This document shows, one piece after another, positions 62,200-64,000 of a stretch of DNA of 64,000 bases. Each line of letters starts with the position of its first letter. Within the stretch, counting starts at the first letter, position 1. The stretch covers positions 4,898,001 to 4,962,000 of the forward strand of contig CM035359.1 of assembly GCA_020137815.1 (NCBI GenBank), in the 5' to 3' direction. Origin of the DNA: Hormiphora californensis. Lineage: Eukaryota; Animalia; Ctenophora. The notes beneath the pieces were generated by a model. The model searched no databases. It had not been told where the DNA came from and saw only the letters and a list, made by a program, of their open reading frames with translations. A program made the position numbers and the translations under genes.

Positions 62200-63285
62200 T
62201 TACTCCGGTTCCGATCGTGCCACAATATTTGGTGATGCTTCGCGGGCTTCGTTTGCCGCAATGCGGGCGGCTGGTAGTGTAGGGGTGACTGGGTCACCAA
62301 CCACAATTTGTGGATGCAGCTTCTTGAGGCACCCTTCTATCTCCAATATCAGCCATTCTCGAAACGAGGATGTCCTGCAAAAAAACACGATGCCATTCAC
62401 TGAGGAATTCGCTGCCACGCAAACGTTTTTGACCGTTAAAGAGATCCAGACGTAAATTAGGTAGTTCCCCTCCTCTTTGCTGATAAAATCCCACCAGTTT
62501 AGAATAGTGAGATCTTTATTCAGAATAATTGAAATGGTCACCATCAGGCTATTCAAATCGAACAGGAAGAGAGGAAGATTGAAGGCTATGTACACGATGG
62601 TAAGAATCAATATCGTTTTAGTGGCAGCACGGTGTATGGGCCGTGTTTCCCTTCGCAGGAACCAAACCGCCACCACGCATGAAATACAAATGGGCATGAA
62701 GGGAAACATGAAACCAGTTAGATGCAACATTCCAAAAGTTATCAGACTAATTGGGTGACTGTAACCGATTTTCGCTTGGAGCTGTGTCATGATCATCATG
62801 GATCGGTGCATTCTAGGGCTGTAGACGGTGTAGACCTTGTAGTAGAAGCGGACCGTTTGAATGCCTGCTGTGACGGCAGTGAATATCCCAATAACCGCTA
62901 GGAGGGCCCTCTTGGAGACGGGGATAGAGAATGGTCTGACAAGGGCCCGGGTCCTCAGAATACTCTGAGTCCCGATCAGGAACACGGACAATCTTGCAAA
63001 TACCTGCCAGGTGAAATACCACGTTTCCCTAAACCAGAAGGCATTATAGCATATGGGATCACTCTCATTCCACACACTGAGAATCACAGGGAAGAGCAGT
63101 GCAGAAATGATGAAGTCTACAGCGTTTATGATGGTGAAGAGAAGGCTTGTCACGGTTCGGCGGGGTCTTGTACAGTTGAAAATGAAGAGCAGGGCGTTGA
63201 TAACTGTGCCGATGGTAAAACAGGCTGTTTCTAAAGTTCCCGAGTAGATGAGGGCCCCTTTAAAGTAGGTGAGGTTGTAACTCAT
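62200..63285 (-). CDS. Intronless divergent rhodopsin-like (class A) orphan GPCR, 361 aa
   Basis: Seven hydrophobic segments; TM1 N, TM2 D (NAVDF), TM3 SILR, TM5 P, TM6 AFNLP, TM7 NSSVN followed by FR helix 8. Confidence 0.85.
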   Translation of the reverse strand: MSYNLTYFKGALIYSGTLETACFTIGTVINALLFIFNCTRPRRTVTSLLFTIINAVDFIISALLFPVILSVWNESDPICYNAFWFRETWYFTWQVFARLSVFLIGTQSILRTRALVRPFSIPVSKRALLAVIGIFTAVTAGIQTVRFYYKVYTVYSPRMHRSMMIMTQLQAKIGYSHPISLITFGMLHLTGFMFPFMPICISCVVAVWFLRRETRPIHRAATKTILILTIVYIAFNLPLFLFDLNSLMVTISIILNKDLTILNWWDFISKEEGNYLIYVWISLTVKNVCVAANSSVNGIVFFCRTSSFREWLILEIEGCLKKLHPQIVVGDPVTPTLPAARIAANEAREASPNIVARSEPE

Positions 63286-64000
63286 GTTCTAAAAATGAGA
63301 TTAGAGCTTCGTATTATTCTACATAATAAGAAATATCAAATAAACGATGGATCCAGAAAAGACCGATCATGGACTCATACATGCAGAAGAGCAAGGAAAC
63401 ACCAAAAATACAGCATTGGACGTTTATCGGGTACAGTTGGGCTGGGTTAATAGTGGACGGGTTCATTAGACACTGTAGGATCAGCAATGAAATGGTTCCC
63501 TTTTATAAGCTGCAATTAATGATATGATGACACCCCCCCCCCCCTTGATGATAAGATGACTCATTCTATACAACTTGATGTTATGCAGATGAATTTGGTA
63601 ATCAAGACCCAGAGTTAACCATGCATATATTTTGTAAAGGTCACATAACAGACAATTTATAGGATGACGAACTGCTTATCGAAAGTGCAAAAGTAAAGTC
63701 TGGGACCTCCTCGGACGACGGCTAATGACTACGGGCGCCCAGTGCAATCACTGGGTTCAATGATTCTGGTTCTTTCTGATTTAACATCGCATAGGGCCCA
63801 CCCCTGCTGTTGCCACCGAAACAGCCTATGAATATCCAAAAAATATTCGAGATTAACAAGGGGTGCGCGGGATACTTCAGGATTCTCTCAGTGCCGCACA
63901 CGCGACTAGCAAATTTTGACCAACAAGCACAAACACGCACGCTGAGAGAAAAGTTGGCGGGTTTGCGTCATTTCGCTTGTTGTACGTTATTGGCAATTGT

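Overview
Eukaryotic (metazoan) genomic DNA with GT-AG introns, MITEs, mini/microsatellites and a stretch of low-quality assembly (~48.8-51.5 kb). The GPCR types suggest an early-branching marine invertebrate such as a ctenophore (inference only). Hand-splicing shows many genes the ORF track misses. The left 44.5 kb is a chain of eight minus-strand genes: ETFB > JAGN1 > ZnF-A > ZnF-B > FABP > ZnF-C > ZnF-D > ZnF-E. Five of them encode proteins built from arrays of RanBP2-type zinc fingers (about 30 fingers in total) joined by RGG, RS, YG, Pro- or Gln-rich disordered regions. Most stop-to-ATG gaps are under 1 kb and every ATG has a splice acceptor 0-16 nt upstream, which looks like an operon resolved by spliced-leader trans-splicing. 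Two plus-strand genes are nested antisense in ZnF introns: an LDLa-repeat GPCR without LRRs, and a papain-family protease fused to an ShK domain. A CRE/R2-like retrotransposon, itself interrupted, lies in the last JAGN1 intron. The right part holds a C6orf89-like gene, a Pro-rich gene, a GT8 glycosyltransferase fragment, a 34-bp satellite and an intronless 7TM receptor. All exon models are manual inferences without RNA evidence.
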